Origin: Priapulus caudatus
Lineage: Eukaryota
Length of the DNA: 64,000 nucleotides
Direction of reading: 5' to 3'
Assembly (NCBI RefSeq): GCF_000485595.1
Contig: NW_014577076.1
Location: forward strand, 350,420 to 414,419
Below the pieces are notes generated by a model. The model was given only the letters and a program-made list of their open reading frames with translations, searched no databases and was not told the origin of the DNA. The position numbers and the translations under genes are program-made. Each line of letters starts with the position of its first letter. Position 1 is the first letter of the stretch. Positions 1-13,200 of this stretch are shown here, in pieces.

Positions 1-203
1 GCCATCTCGAGCTCACGGCTCTCTTTGACCTCCGTCCCGCCGCTGACTCTCCGTCCCTGGTTTCATACATTCTCTGACACCGGTTGCGTTCTCGCATTGC
101 CATAACTTTCCCTGGCGTGTGGGGTTTCGCCCGCTTACACCACTCCACCACAGAGTCACCGCAGTAGACGTTAGATGAGCGCTGTCGCTATGCGGCACTT
201 GTT
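1..203 (+). mobile_element. End of a HINE-like (Helentron-associated) non-autonomous element
   Basis: Ends AGATGAGCGCTGTCGCTATGCGGCACTTGTTT (subTIR plus small hairpin), essentially the reverse complement of the element end at 3817-3850. Confidence 0.65.
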
Positions 204-230
204 TGATAATACCAACCGTTTATTTTGCAG

Positions 231-1446
231 CATGCAGCATGCTACAGAAAAGGATCGTTCAGTTGGTGGTAGATTCTTTTGGAGCCCAGTTGTATAGCAA
301 AGCCATTGAATGCTTACATGCTCTCAGGGATGATAGCGTAAAGGTACGTTTTTTAATTGTGTTTATCAGTATTATGATCTTATCAAAAACCCCATACATT
401 TTTGTAGGGGTACTAATGCATGTCGTTCAACCGTAAATGTAAATCTAACAAATCCTCAGTTATTGGAATAACTTTATAAATTTTCCATTTTCAGAATAGT
501 AGTCCAGATAGCTTTAATCTTTTCCTGAAAGAGTTCAAGACAGACATGCTTAAAAGCAGAGCATGGTTTTGGGAGATGGCTGTAAATGGTATCTACTTTG
601 GTTGCTTTTGTTTTTTAATTCCACGATTTCCACTAGAAAATTTATTATGCTCTTGATTGACTGACGCTGATTGCGTTTGTATATTCGACCCTCTACTACT
701 GCTCAACATTTACTGTGAAATTCTGTCTCAAATGCAAGGTCTAATAACATATGATTATATCAATGAAATGCCATGTCTCATATGTTTTACAATAATGTTT
801 TTAGAGAGGTTGACTTTGATCAGTGCCGTTGAATGCACACCTAGTGATGTTAGTCAAGAAGAAGCGGATGCCTTCCTGGTTAAGGATACGAAGGAGGTTG
901 TAGATACTATCCCTGCAGTGGCAGAGGTTGAGGAAGCTGATGACCTGGTGAGACATCACATAATAGGTTTAGATGCAAAATATATGGAGAGATTATAGTG
1001 CAGGGTAAAAAATACACGGGAGCGATGAGCGATTCGCTCTTCAAATCTCCGAAATCGCTCCCGTGAGGCTCAAAATAGCTCCCGTAAAATTTTTGACGAG
1101 AGCTATTTTTCCCACAGACTTGAAAAAGCGCTCTTGTGGAAAAAGTTTCCCCCCCTGTTATAGGGGCATATATAAACAGAGGATTCATGGATATAAGTGG
1201 AAATTAAGACAATACAACATTCATAGTATAGGATTGGAATTACAGTATCTGATTTGAAATATCACTTTAATCACACTTAAATATTGTAGTGTAAATATTA
1301 GTATTCCTGTCTATGAAATCGCTTTCGATATATTGAAAATTGAATAATCTACATCATAAGGAGTAATGTAATGTGTACTAAGATACCAAAATTATATGGT
1401 TGATAAAATACTGATATTTATTTTATTTCAGCTTGACATGATGTAA
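231..1446 (+). CDS. XRCC5: Ku80 (X-ray repair cross-complementing protein 5), last four coding exons; 5' part lies upstream of the window
   Basis: GT-AG exons 231-343, 495-588, 805-947 and 1432-1446 splice in frame to ACSMLQKRIVQLVVDSFGAQLYSKAIECLHALRDDSVK-NSSPDSFNLFLKEFKTDMLKSRAWFWEMAVN-ERLTLISAVECTPSDVSQEEADAFLV...EVEEADDL-LDMM*. This matches the Ku80 C-terminal domain (human ...KSIDCIRAFREEAIK...FWEIVVQDGITLI...EEGGDVDDLLDMI). AATAAA at 1644-1649. Confidence 0.93.
1001..1157. mobile_element. hAT-like MITE in the last Ku80 intron
   Basis: CAGGG...CCCTG termini. Flanks TTATAGTG / TTATAGGG form an 8-bp TSD with one mismatch. Confidence 0.6.
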
Positions 1447-1724
1447 AAAGAGCATGTAAAATGTGTGAAAAGGTCCTTATAAACTATGCGAGAGATGCAT
1501 CGGCCTGAAAGAAAAACTTGCTGTGCTTATAGAGAAAAAGTAATCACAGGTTGTACTGTGTACTAATGCTGTGGCTAATACCGATTGTAAAAATCAAGAA
1601 TCGGATGTTTATTTCACACGGTTTCGTGAATAGACATTTTTGTAATAAATATATTAAGAAGCACTATATATAGGTAGGTAGGTAGGTATTCATAACGATG
1701 CATATGCATGTACACAAATTTCTG

Positions 1725-1960
1725 TCAGGGGGCCAGATTGATGTCAGGATCAGGAATACTGTATAGCGAATCATGTGGTTGTCTTGAGCCAGGTTGCATC
1801 CGAGGTTTTTGCTATTGCAAGAAATTTTGCTTCGTTTGGTTGCAAAAGCCATTAATGTCAAGGTGATTGCTGCAACAGAAGTGTAGACTTCTGATATAAC
1901 CTCAATACCTAAATATTCAGCAGAGGTCAATGCTGGAAACATGATGTAATTTTCGTTGAG
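1725..1960 (-). mobile_element. Possible highly decayed LINE reverse-transcriptase fragment
   Basis: The minus-strand frame reads TSAEYLGIEVISE..., like the SAKYLGV motif that ends LINE RT domains, with SIWPP further on. Weak evidence only. Confidence 0.22.
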
Positions 1961-3818
1961 TGCATTGCTGCCTGGCCAAGGTGTGTTATGTGAAAGTGGC
2001 AAGGGGAGGAGTGCCATCGCCTTTCATGTTTATCATATCAAAATTGAAATAACCCATTAATTCTTAGCACAATTCCTATATTATTTTTCATGCCAATGAT
2101 TATTATGCATCAAGTATTGTAATTTAAAATTAATAGGGGTTCTCTGGGCTATTACATCTTTACTAATAGAGCTGCTAGCTATGTGCATATTCCTTCTCAC
2201 AAAGCCTCTGAACAAGGAGCAAATCCAGAAGCTACAAGGAGCCTGGACATCAACGGCTGCAATCACAAGGAAGGGGGGGGGGGTAATACAAGCCTAATAT
2301 TTCATTGTGGCAAAATTCATGGTCGAAATCGAGTAAAGTATTTTAAACTTATATATGTACTAGAAAAAATATAGTCAACATCTATTGAGTCTTGGATGAG
2401 ATAGAATAAAATACTTTTAACATAAAACATGTGAACATTCCACGTTGATAGATGACTTTATGTCTCAAAAATTTGTATTGTGCTATACATGTCGATACAT
2501 TAATTGCAGCTGATAGCAATGTGACTCACCTGGGAGCCACTTACATAGGATTCTGTTAATTGGCTTGCTATACTGCAGCCTTTAACAGGTTATGTTTATG
2601 CCTTCTTGGATTGTACATGGTACGAGACTTTGGCAGTGATCTTTGTTTGGTCCTTGTAAATGCAACACAGTAGATTATACTCTAAAGCCAAACCTCGAAT
2701 GACTAGTCTATATAATTATATAATTATCTCGTAAATGCTCTTGTAATTGACTCCCACTTGCCTCTATATCCACGTGTATAAACGTGCATATATCTGATAG
2801 CAAGACGTAAAATGCAAACCAATAGAAATCTCATGGTGAAATTATCACATCACAGCATAACAATCAACATTATACAAACGAAAATGTGTACACATGTAAA
2901 GTAGCCGTAAAAGTAAACTAGTGCCGTTCTGTTGCTAAACATACATGTATGTTAAGACACAGTGTACGGTCTGGAACATACACAGTGTGCGTTCCTGCAC
3001 ACTACTGCTCTATAGATAAGTTCCCTATTATCTACTTCTGATATTACTGAATATTCCTGTACAACGATAAACTCGGGACAAGTGCTTCAATGAAAATAAT
3101 TCATGTTCTCCTAATGCACGTGCTTGAAATGAGGGAATAGGTAAGCCATCTATTAACCAGTTATTTAGTTCCTTTTATAGAAATCTACAATTACATATTA
3201 TCTATAGTGTATTCTTGCTGTTGCTGTGCATGACTGTACGACTTAATGAGGGCATAGGGTCATTAACGTGTCGAATAGTTGGCAAGAATGTTCACTAGAA
3301 TTTATTTCTTCAATATTAAAACTGCTGAAGCAGTGATAAAATAATGAAAGGTTTATTATCTGTACAATTATTTTTATTTGTAGGCATAAATTTGACCATG
3401 TTGGCAGACTTTTGTGTCACACTTGGCAAGACCTGAAAAAAGATATTTATCAAAGGCAAATACTCTGGTATTATAAATACTGATTCTATGAAAGTAACTT
3501 AAACTTCACATTTTTACAAAAAAGCAATACAGTATAACAAGCTCTACGGGGCATTGATTCCCAATATTGATCTTTTTGCTGTAAGTGGGTGTTTTATATT
3601 TCACCAGGTATGCACACAAATAGCCACTATACTGTATCTATCTACACGTGTCCACTTAATAACTCTGTAAAGTTTAAGGCAGAAAATCCCAAAATCAACA
3701 GTGTCACGAATGGAAAGCAAATATTATACTAAAATAATAAGTAACACGTGAGAATACAGTGATATTACAGCTGACTGACACAGGCGACGGTGCACAAATG
3801 GATACATGCAGAAGTAAA

Positions 3819-4960
3819 ACAAGTGCCGCAGAGCGACAGCGCTCATCTAACATCTACTGCGGTGACTCTGTGGTGGAGTGGTGGGATTCTAGTAAACCCT
3901 GTTAGTCCCAAATGTGTTCACATACACGCCGAAACAGTGGAATGCACAGGGATGGTATCAGGAACCTTCTCAAAGGAATGTTCGTTGGGAAGAAAGTTGA
4001 ACGAGATGGCGCGTACGTTTAAGTGTCTTCAGATTAAAGATGGAAGCTCCCATCGTACGTAGTAGCAACAACTATTTGCAAGACAGAATAGGTAAGCACT
4101 CATCCATTTACCTAGGCAAGCCTACAGGCTGCAATAGAGAGCTGCCACCTGTAACCAATTAACGCAGGCAAAAACTACACAGTATCACCAACACATGCAC
4201 TGGCAGTAGACACTGGCAGTGGCATACGTTACATGTAACATACTGACAGTACAGAATGCCATAGAAATTATACGATTTAAGGAGCATAAACCTTCTTTAA
4301 CCAAATTTAGCTTTTGAAATTTCACTGTGACATTGTAGCCTCATACATCCAGGCATGTATAGATTCTACTAGCAAACCCGGCAGTCAAATTCTTTCTAAC
4401 AGACAGTCAACAAATCCATGTTTAACCCTCCTCTTGAGGGTCAAAAGGTTATCTGACACTTACTCTTCGCATGTCAGCAGAAAGTAGATTTCATGGTCCT
4501 TTCAATAATGCCATAAAAATGCTAGGTCACCGCTGAAACAAAAAAGTTTTTCAATCGCTCCGTCAGACCATGTCCTCATAAAATGTCTAAAATCTGCCCT
4601 GTGCCCATTGACCTTTGACCTGTGACCTCCAATTTCGGCACAGTGATGGCTTTTCCTACCATGATGCTATACACCGACTATCACGAGCCTATAGGTCGAG
4701 CCGTTTAGATTTGTGCCGCAATTCTGCATTTCCTCCCTATACCTTAAGTTAAGGAGTGAATGTTCCCCCTTCTTTTACACCTCTTGACCTTTGACCTTTG
4801 ACCCCCAGCTTCGACATCCCAACTCGTTTTCGGATTACCGAATATCGTGACCGTACGTCGAGCGGTTAAGATTTGTGCCCAACTGTTGACGGACGCACGG
4901 ACGCACGGACGATCATGCGATTCTACAAGCTGCATCTGACTATGTCAGATGAGCTAAAAA
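3819..4960 (-). mobile_element. Complete HINE/DINE-1-like non-autonomous Helentron
   Basis: Subterminal inverted repeats GCTCATCT (3841) and AGATGAGC (~4947). Hairpin CATCTGAC-TAT-GTCAGATG, a (GGAC/GCAC)n microsatellite near one end, TGACCTT motifs, and A/T-run flanks without a TSD. Confidence 0.7.
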
Positions 4961-5118
4961 CACACAGGGAAAAACATGATGACCACACTAAAATTGCCTA
5001 TGTGTAATTAAACTACTAGCACCAATCACTCGGTTATGATCCACCCCGACAAAAATTCACTCATTCGAAACTTGCGCTGGTGCAAACTAGAAGCTCGTCT
5101 CTCTTTATCTCTCGGCGG

Positions 5119-5989
5119 CTACACTCCAAACTTGACCTGCAGAATTCCTATTTCCTGGGTCGTGAACTTGCCCGAGCTGCGCTCCCTCAGCTTGTCAAAG
5201 ATTCTCCTTAGTCCTGGATAACATGCAGAGAGTAAAGTGAGATGCAGGTTTTAACAGTTTGGTAAACTCGCTTAAGTCATTTTAGAATTGATGAAATATT
5301 TTTGGCAAATATTACGTTCTAACAGCAAACAACGTTCTTACGTGCTAGCAATTAATGCTGCAAAGTAACTAGTTAAATCTTGCAAAGTTATTGTAGATGT
5401 ACTGTATTTGTTATTTGCAACAATAAGATATGACGACTTGCATAACAATCAAACTAGTACGTAGTATCAAGCACTCGAGTGGGGGAGTAGTAATATTAAT
5501 CAAGACAATTTAGCTTACTGTTTCGTTCTGGATCAGTGAAGAACATTGACACCATACCAAATCTCTGCACTTGGCAAAGATTCAATAAGTATTGGTAGGC
5601 AAGCTCCGTTTTATCTGGAAATACCAAACAAGTGCCGCAGGGCGACAGTGCTCAACTGACGTGTACTGTAGCCGGGTATTCTTCTGATAAACTCACTGGC
5701 AACCGAATCAAGTGCGCCCTCCCGCCACCGCGTTGATTAGATATCGCGTCGAGTCCTTTTCGCGATCCCCCCCCCATCCCCGACGTCCCGAATATCAAGA
5801 CCGTACGTCGAGCGGTTATCATTTGTGTCCAACTGTTGACGGACGCACGGACGGATGCACGGACGGACGGACAATCATTCGATTCTACAAGCTGCATCTG
5901 ACTTCGTCAGCTGAGCTAAAAATACCAACTTAATGCACTACTGTATCAGTATATCTCTTTATCTATCTATCTCTATCTCTCTCTCTCTC

Positions 5990-6021
<32 letters not shown>

Positions 6022-7261
6022 TAGACAGATGGATACATACATAAGATAAGTCATTGACAAACCTGTGCTCATTTCAGAATTGTAAAATGATAAATTTCTT
6101 ACCTTTGTCTATGAAGTGTTCATCAGTGCATGCAACAATCATGTTGAGCATTTCTCCATCCAGCTTGTTGCTGATCACTGAAACATGCAAGTACTTATAG
6201 CATGAGCAAATCATTGTCACGTAAACTGTTTTGTACTGTGACTGATAAGCTAACTGCATAGCATGGCCATGTATTTTAGAATTTACTGATAGCTCATATT
6301 ATTTTGATCTATTCACTAAATATGAGGCATAGCACTACAGAATAAAGAGGGTGTGAGTAATCTCTAGACATAATGTCATATTACCATTAATTCTAAACTC
6401 TAAACACTATATGCTATACACAAATCTTCACATATTTTATATGATTATGAAAATTTAAAAAACTGTCCAAGCTTCAGGACTCTATGAATTTGTTCATCTA
6501 CAAAAATTCACAAAAATAACTAGGTTTTGAGGAAAAGACAGTTGCAGTCACCTTTCGGCAATTCCCGGGGCTTCACCTGGGATAATAACCAAGCATAGGG
6601 TTCTGTTCCTTCTGTCTTCTTTAATCCATTCCATGCTGACAGAAACTCGTATGGTGTTGCCTGAAATCATAAATGGTAACTTCTATTAAGAATTTATATA
6701 CATAAAATTATTACCATAAAGAAACAAGGTACTGAAGAATTTTTCAGCAATACTATAAAAATGAAAAAGCAATGATACAATAAAGATATTAACAAAGCAT
6801 TTATATAATTTTATTAAAATTTGTAATTAATTTGATGTAGTAAGCACAGGGGTAGAAATAAGGACAATATGCAAGTTAGCCCGAAGGGCTAGTAAGGTAA
6901 GGTTTGTACTAGCCCTTCTGGTTTTCAACTAGCCCTTAAAAGCATGATGTCGATAGTGGTTGCGCGGGAAAATTGTTGATCTCACGAATGCTCCGAGATG
7001 CTTTCTGAGGGTATTGTGTATTGTTTATATTGTGTATTGTTGTATTGAGAGGTTTGTTTATTTACAATCATTTTATTATTAAAACAGCCAGAGTGACTGT
7101 GAGTGTGACTATAACACTGTATTAGTGGAACAGGTCTTCGATGATGGAGGTTGCCATGTTGATACCAACGCTATAGACGGGTCCCCCGACACTCTACATT
7201 GTGTTATTACATGAGAAGGAACGCATGGACGGGCGAACGCACGCACGCGCACGCACACGCA

Positions 7262-7293
<32 letters not shown>

Positions 7294-10200
7294 CGCGCGC
7301 GCGCGTTTACAACGCCCACGTGCAACACAAGAACACGTATCACCGACACGCGTATACGCACGCACACACGTCGCACACACGCGCTCAATCACACACGCGC
7401 TCACGCACACACATCACACACACGCGCTCACGCACACACATCACACACACGTGCTCACGCACACGTCGCACACACGCGCTCACGCACACACGTCGCACAC
7501 ACGCGCTCACGCACACACGTTCATTTCACGAATTACGAAATCTGGTCTGGAATTGTTAACTTGCTTGCCCGACGGGCAAGCCACCCTGGCCTTTAACTAG
7601 CCCTTCCAAACAATTACTAGTCCCGGGCTAGCGGGCTAGCGGCTAATTCGACCCCTGTAAGCATAGTAAACCAGTGAATACTGCGATTGAACACAGCGTC
7701 AGCACACATTTAATACCTTTTTAATTGATGGTCGAAGTTTGGAATCTTTNNNNNNNNNNCGCACACACGCGCTCACGCACACACGGTGTGACGTGTGTGC
7801 GTGAGCGCGTGTGTGCGGCGTGTGTGCGTGAGCGCGTGTGTGCGACGTGGGTGCGTGAGCGCGTGTGTGCGACGTGTGTGCGTGAGCGCGTGTGTGCGAC
7901 GTGTGTGCGTGAGCGCATGTGTGCGTGAGCGCGTGTGTGTGTGCGACGTGTGTGCGTGAGCGCGTGTACGCTAATGCACACGTCGCACACACGCGCTAAC
8001 GCACACACGTCACACACACGCGCTCACGCACCCACGTCGCACACGCGCTCACGCACACACGTCACACACACGCGCTCACGCACACACGTCGCACACACGC
8101 GTTAACGCACACACGTCGCACACACGTCGCACACACGCGCTCACGCACACACGACAGACACGCGCTCACGCACACACATGACAGACACGCGCTCAAGCAC
8201 ACACGTTCCTTTCACGAATTACGAAATCTGGTCTGGAATTGTTTACTTGCTTGCCCGACGGGCAAGCCACCCTGGCCTTTAACTAGCCCTTCCAAACAAT
8301 TACTAGTCCCGGGCTAGCGGGCTAGCGGGCTAGCGGCTAATTCGACCCCTGTAAGCATAGTAAACCAATGAATAATGCGATTGAACACAGCGTCAGCACA
8401 CATTTAATACCTTTTTAATTGATGGTCGAAGTTTGGAATCTTTCGATAAACTCTTCTTGTCTTTTGAGTTCTTTCCTTCATCCTTCCTTGATTTTGTATG
8501 ATCAGTAATGTGGTGCTCAGAATTATTTCCATTTACCTCCTCGATGTGAACCCTCTTTTTCACAACAGGTGGCGTTGTCTTCTGTTGCTGCCTTTTCTTC
8601 TCCAGTTCCTGAGTGGTACAATTTATAAATTTATCTCGACATTACGTAAACATGGTATTAATTGTTTGCTTAAAATTACAATAGTATGAATACTGTGTTT
8701 TAAAATGTTTGCATAACATCCTTGACAAAAAAAATACTGTGTTTTTAAACCAGATGTTGAGTTATCTGAGGGACTCTAAAAGTATTACACATTTTATAAA
8801 AATGTCAATTTTTACTGAAATTTTAATTATATAAATCTAAGGTTGCTCCGTCTTCTTCAGTAGCTATATCACTCACTAAAGTACAAAATATAACTTCGAC
8901 AAATCACTAGAACTGTAATAAGGGCATTCACTTATTAAATCATGAAAAACATGGTATAACCTGTTTGTAGAGCTCCTTGACTGTCTCAATCTGAGTCTTG
9001 GCAGCCTTATTACTAGGTTCTAGCTTCAGTAAGTGCAGTAGGTCCTGCATGGCCAGCTTATACAGCTGCAGCGTGTGACGGGCCTGTGCACGCCTGAACA
9101 GTGCCTTCACGTTGTCTGGCTCCAGCACAAGTGCCACGGTGCAGTCCTGTTCTGCCTGTTCATTCTGCAGTCACAAGCAAAAAGTATGACATGAAGTATA
9201 TATATAGGTGTGTGTATATATTTATTTATTAGAAACATGCACTCTCCTGACTTCCAAAGTTTGTATTTAGTTAAAATTGATACAAAACGTATGCTTCTTG
9301 AATACGCTGTGCTATTTACATTATGGAAATAGCTAACTTCAATGAACCCAAACAACAAGTGTGAGTTAGATACTTTTGGATATAATAGTACAGAGTTTCC
9401 TGATAATTGCAGTAATAATTTTGGTGTTGCCTGCGAGAGGTAAATAATCTTCATTATGCATGGTGAAGAAGATAAGCTTGGGATGATAGATTTTGAACAC
9501 AAGCAGTTTGTTACCATGCTTGCTCCCTCTCATTACAAAGCATGCAAGACAGTGTCACAGCACTTCCACTTCCAGTAAATATTGCAAAGACAAATATGGA
9601 TTTTAAGTGTGATCTTTGATGCCAACCTTATTGAGCTTTAGAAGGCACAGTGCTCTATTGGTAAAACCCAAAGCTTTGTCAGGCAACAAAGTTGTGCATT
9701 CTGTGTAGCATTCGATGGCTGCTGCATAGTTCCTCTATATACCAAAAATAAAATACAGCTTAAATATTAACTGTACACACACAAAGAAGCCATACGAGGT
9801 AACAGAAGCAAATCCCTAACAAGAAATAAACAGACAAACTACAGTCAAAATATCACGTAAATCACTTTAGACCGCATAGCAACGGCATACCTTTAGACAT
9901 CGGCATGAAGGTACGTAAACAAGTGAATTATTGTTACACATATTAGCAATCATAAAAATATACAGTAAATACGACTCCAATTCAATATATTATAAGTTAT
10001 GAATATACTAATTTACATTAGCCAGAGATTATGCACACATATTCATTGTACCGATCACCATAAAAACACTTCAACCCGTGGAATTTTCATTCACCTTTTG
10101 TACAAATGCATTCCCCTTTACTTTGACTTCCTCAAATCTCTGTGCTGGTGTTGGTTCAGGCACACTCTGCTGTACACTTGCAGGAGTTGTCGTCCTATCC

Positions 10201-13200
10201 AACAAGGACAGACCAGCTGGCACACTAGGAATTTTGGGAAGCTGTACCCGCCAACCAGGACCCTGTAGTTCCTGCAGCATCTTTGCACACCTGCATGTAA
10301 ATTTACAATGTAGAGTATGCTATAATGCATATATATGTATGTATTTATATTTTCTAAATGTAACGTATGATCTGAGTTCAATGTGTGTCATTCGTAGATA
10401 CGTGTCACTCATATCTACATTCTTTATCTGAGACATAAAACTGGCACAGTATTACAATGCGATGAAATCATGAATGGGATACGGAAACTTATTCGTCAAG
10501 TGGCACCTGCATATTCAGGTGCAAGGGCATTTAGCAGTAATCTATTCGATTTTAGTAGGATTGGTAAACGTTTAAAACCTTAGCAATGGTTTATGACGCA
10601 CACACCTGGTTGCTCCTTCCTGAGCTGTCAGATTATTGCAGTCAATCGATAGTACATGCCTATTGTTCACGTATGCAAAACCGTATCTGCAATACAAAGT
10701 AATAGTAAATGAGTAAATATTTCGCTTTACACACTTGATTGAGATTTTACACCCATGATAGGCAGATAGGAATGACTGCTAAAAAAATAACACTGCTCAC
10801 AATCCTCATCACCCTAATCCCATAGATAACTAGAAAGGGCAGTTGTCGCCAACTACATGTATCCCCCGTGTTCTCCCCAAGATGTGTAAGTATACGAAGT
10901 TTGGTCACGCTAGGTCAATTAGGGGCCGAGTTATAGAGCAGAAAGAAAATATTATGAAGGTCAATGTCAAGGTCAATGTCAAATAAAGGTTGCAGTGACC
11001 TGGTTTTGGTACGCGACACACCTTCTCCACAAGATGTGTAAGTATACCAAGTTTGGTCACGCTAGGTCAATTAGGGGCCGAGTTATAGAGTGGAAGGGAA
11101 ATATGATCAAGGTCAAGGTTAAGGTCAAATAAAAGCCGCAGTGACCTTGTTTTGGTACGCAACACACATTCTCCCCAAGATGTGTAAGTATACCAAGTTT
11201 GGTAGCGCTAGGTCAATTAGGGGCTCGAGTTATAGAGCGGAAGGGAAATATGATCAAGGTTAAGGTAAAGGTCAAATAAAGGTCGTAGTGACCTGGTTTT
11301 GGTAGCGCTAGGTCAATTAGGGGCCGAGTTAGAGAGTGGAAAGGAAATATGATCAAGGTCAAAGTAAAGGTCAAATAAAGGTCGCAGTGACCTGATAATT
11401 AACCAAGTAAAAATGTGTTTACTTCATCTTGTTTAATCTTCCATTAAACCTGTTATAAATGTAATTATGTGAAGTTGTACTAGGCCTGTTGTCAGAAACT
11501 ATAATAACAATTATGATTATCATAACTCTGAGATGTCATAACTTTTGTATATATCATTGCATGTGCAAAATTTGCGATCCTAACGATGCTGATACCCCAA
11601 TCATAGTATCAATATATTTACTTCTCCATTGTTTCAAAAGCAGCAGCTTTCCTGAGGAGTGGTTTGAGCGAGTGGGGAGTTTCCTCTAAGGCACGGTCAC
11701 AGTCTTCAATGCTGGCACGACAATCACCGGTCTTAAAGTAGCATGCAGCACGATTGCTGTACAATACTGACAAGTTGCCTGCATGGTTACCTTTCGCTAT
11801 AAAGTAACAAAATCATGCATTTTACTGTAGCAATTGATAACACACCAGAACAACATACAAATAACAACATACATTACGAGACTAACTTCTCGTTACTAAT
11901 TACACAATTATGGTCCAAATTGCACAGTTATAGGTACAGCTGCGATTATGAAAGAGTATCCATTTAAAATGCCCTAGCTATTAGACTGAACTGCTTATCT
12001 TATGAAATGCTGCATCTACGTATTCTATATACATCCATACAACAATATGTAGACATGTACTCCATGGTTATATATGTGATTAGACAAACCTTTGTGAAGG
12101 ACAGTGATGGCTGCTGTGTACCTTTCCAGAGCATCAGCATACTGTCCTGCCTTAAAGAATGCATTTCCTTGATCCTTCAGCTTGACAACCTTATCAGGAA
12201 GTGGCGCAGGTGGTTCCGGCGGGAGACTCACTTCCTGAACTGCCATGGTGGGTTTCGCCACAACGTCAGTACACTCATCAGGTTCTGTTGTTTTCCTCTC
12301 GCTCTGCTTCTCTGTCACATCTGATTTCGTAATGTCTGAAGCCGTGGTCGTCTGCTCTCCTTGATTGTGCTTCACGGTATTTTCTTCATTCTGCAGTCTC
12401 TCTGATGCCGCCTGCAGTTCGTGTTCACCATCTTTGATTGACTGCAGGGTAGTCTCACTATCGACTATACCCTTTTCGACAGATTCTCGCAGAAACTTGA
12501 GTCCTTCAGCTAGTTTCTCAACATTGTGACCCTTACTCTGCAAAGATTCAAGTACATCATCGAGACGCTGAGACTGCTTGTCTAAATTTGTCTCCATATG
12601 TTTTATGCTAGCTTCCATTTTGTCCACACTTGCAGGTGGTTGCATCTCTTCATTGTCGCTTAGCCGAGTTGGTGTAGGGGCCATAGTGGATGCTGGGACC
12701 TCGTTCGATGAATTTTCACTCATTCTCGCTGACGAAGATCCTGAATGGGGAGATGAAGTCTCGTCAACAGTCTCTTTTGAGTCAGACGTTGCATCAATTT
12801 GAACATGGCCACCTTTATTATTTTGTTCCGTTGCCTTCCTCATAGAATTCTCATCATCTCTTGTGAGCTTATCTGCACTAGCTCCTTTGCCCAACACGTG
12901 ACTGGAGTGAGAGGGCATGTTTGTGTCCTGGTTTGCAGGTTTGGATGATGTTTCTTCTTCCCGACCTTGAGCTGTTGCTCTACTGCAGTCAGTGTCAGGC
13001 CGAGATACTTCACCTTTACCAACATCCTCAATAACCATACGCCTTCCTTTCCTCTCAGTGCCACCCGGTTTGCTGTGCCGAATTCCCAACTTTCCACTTG
13101 CCTTGTATAGTTCATTTAGTAGTGCCTGTAAAAAATATATGAAATTCGTTTCACAATGTTCACAAGGCCTGAAGATTATTTACTTAAATCATTAAGCTGA

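Noticed and set aside
13..4062. Two ORFs sharing P(H/Q)SDSAHLTSTAVTLWWSG as a paralogous gene pair
   Set aside because: The shared peptide is the translated terminus of the HINE-like repeat.
7658..7749. Extra SPAG1 exon fragment KDSKLRPSIKK
   Set aside because: It is an overlap duplicate of 8352-8443 that ends at a 10-N gap.
7109..8017. His/Thr/Arg-rich and Cys/Val-rich ORFs
   Set aside because: They are translations of the CA/GT minisatellite inside a MITE in a SPAG1 intron.
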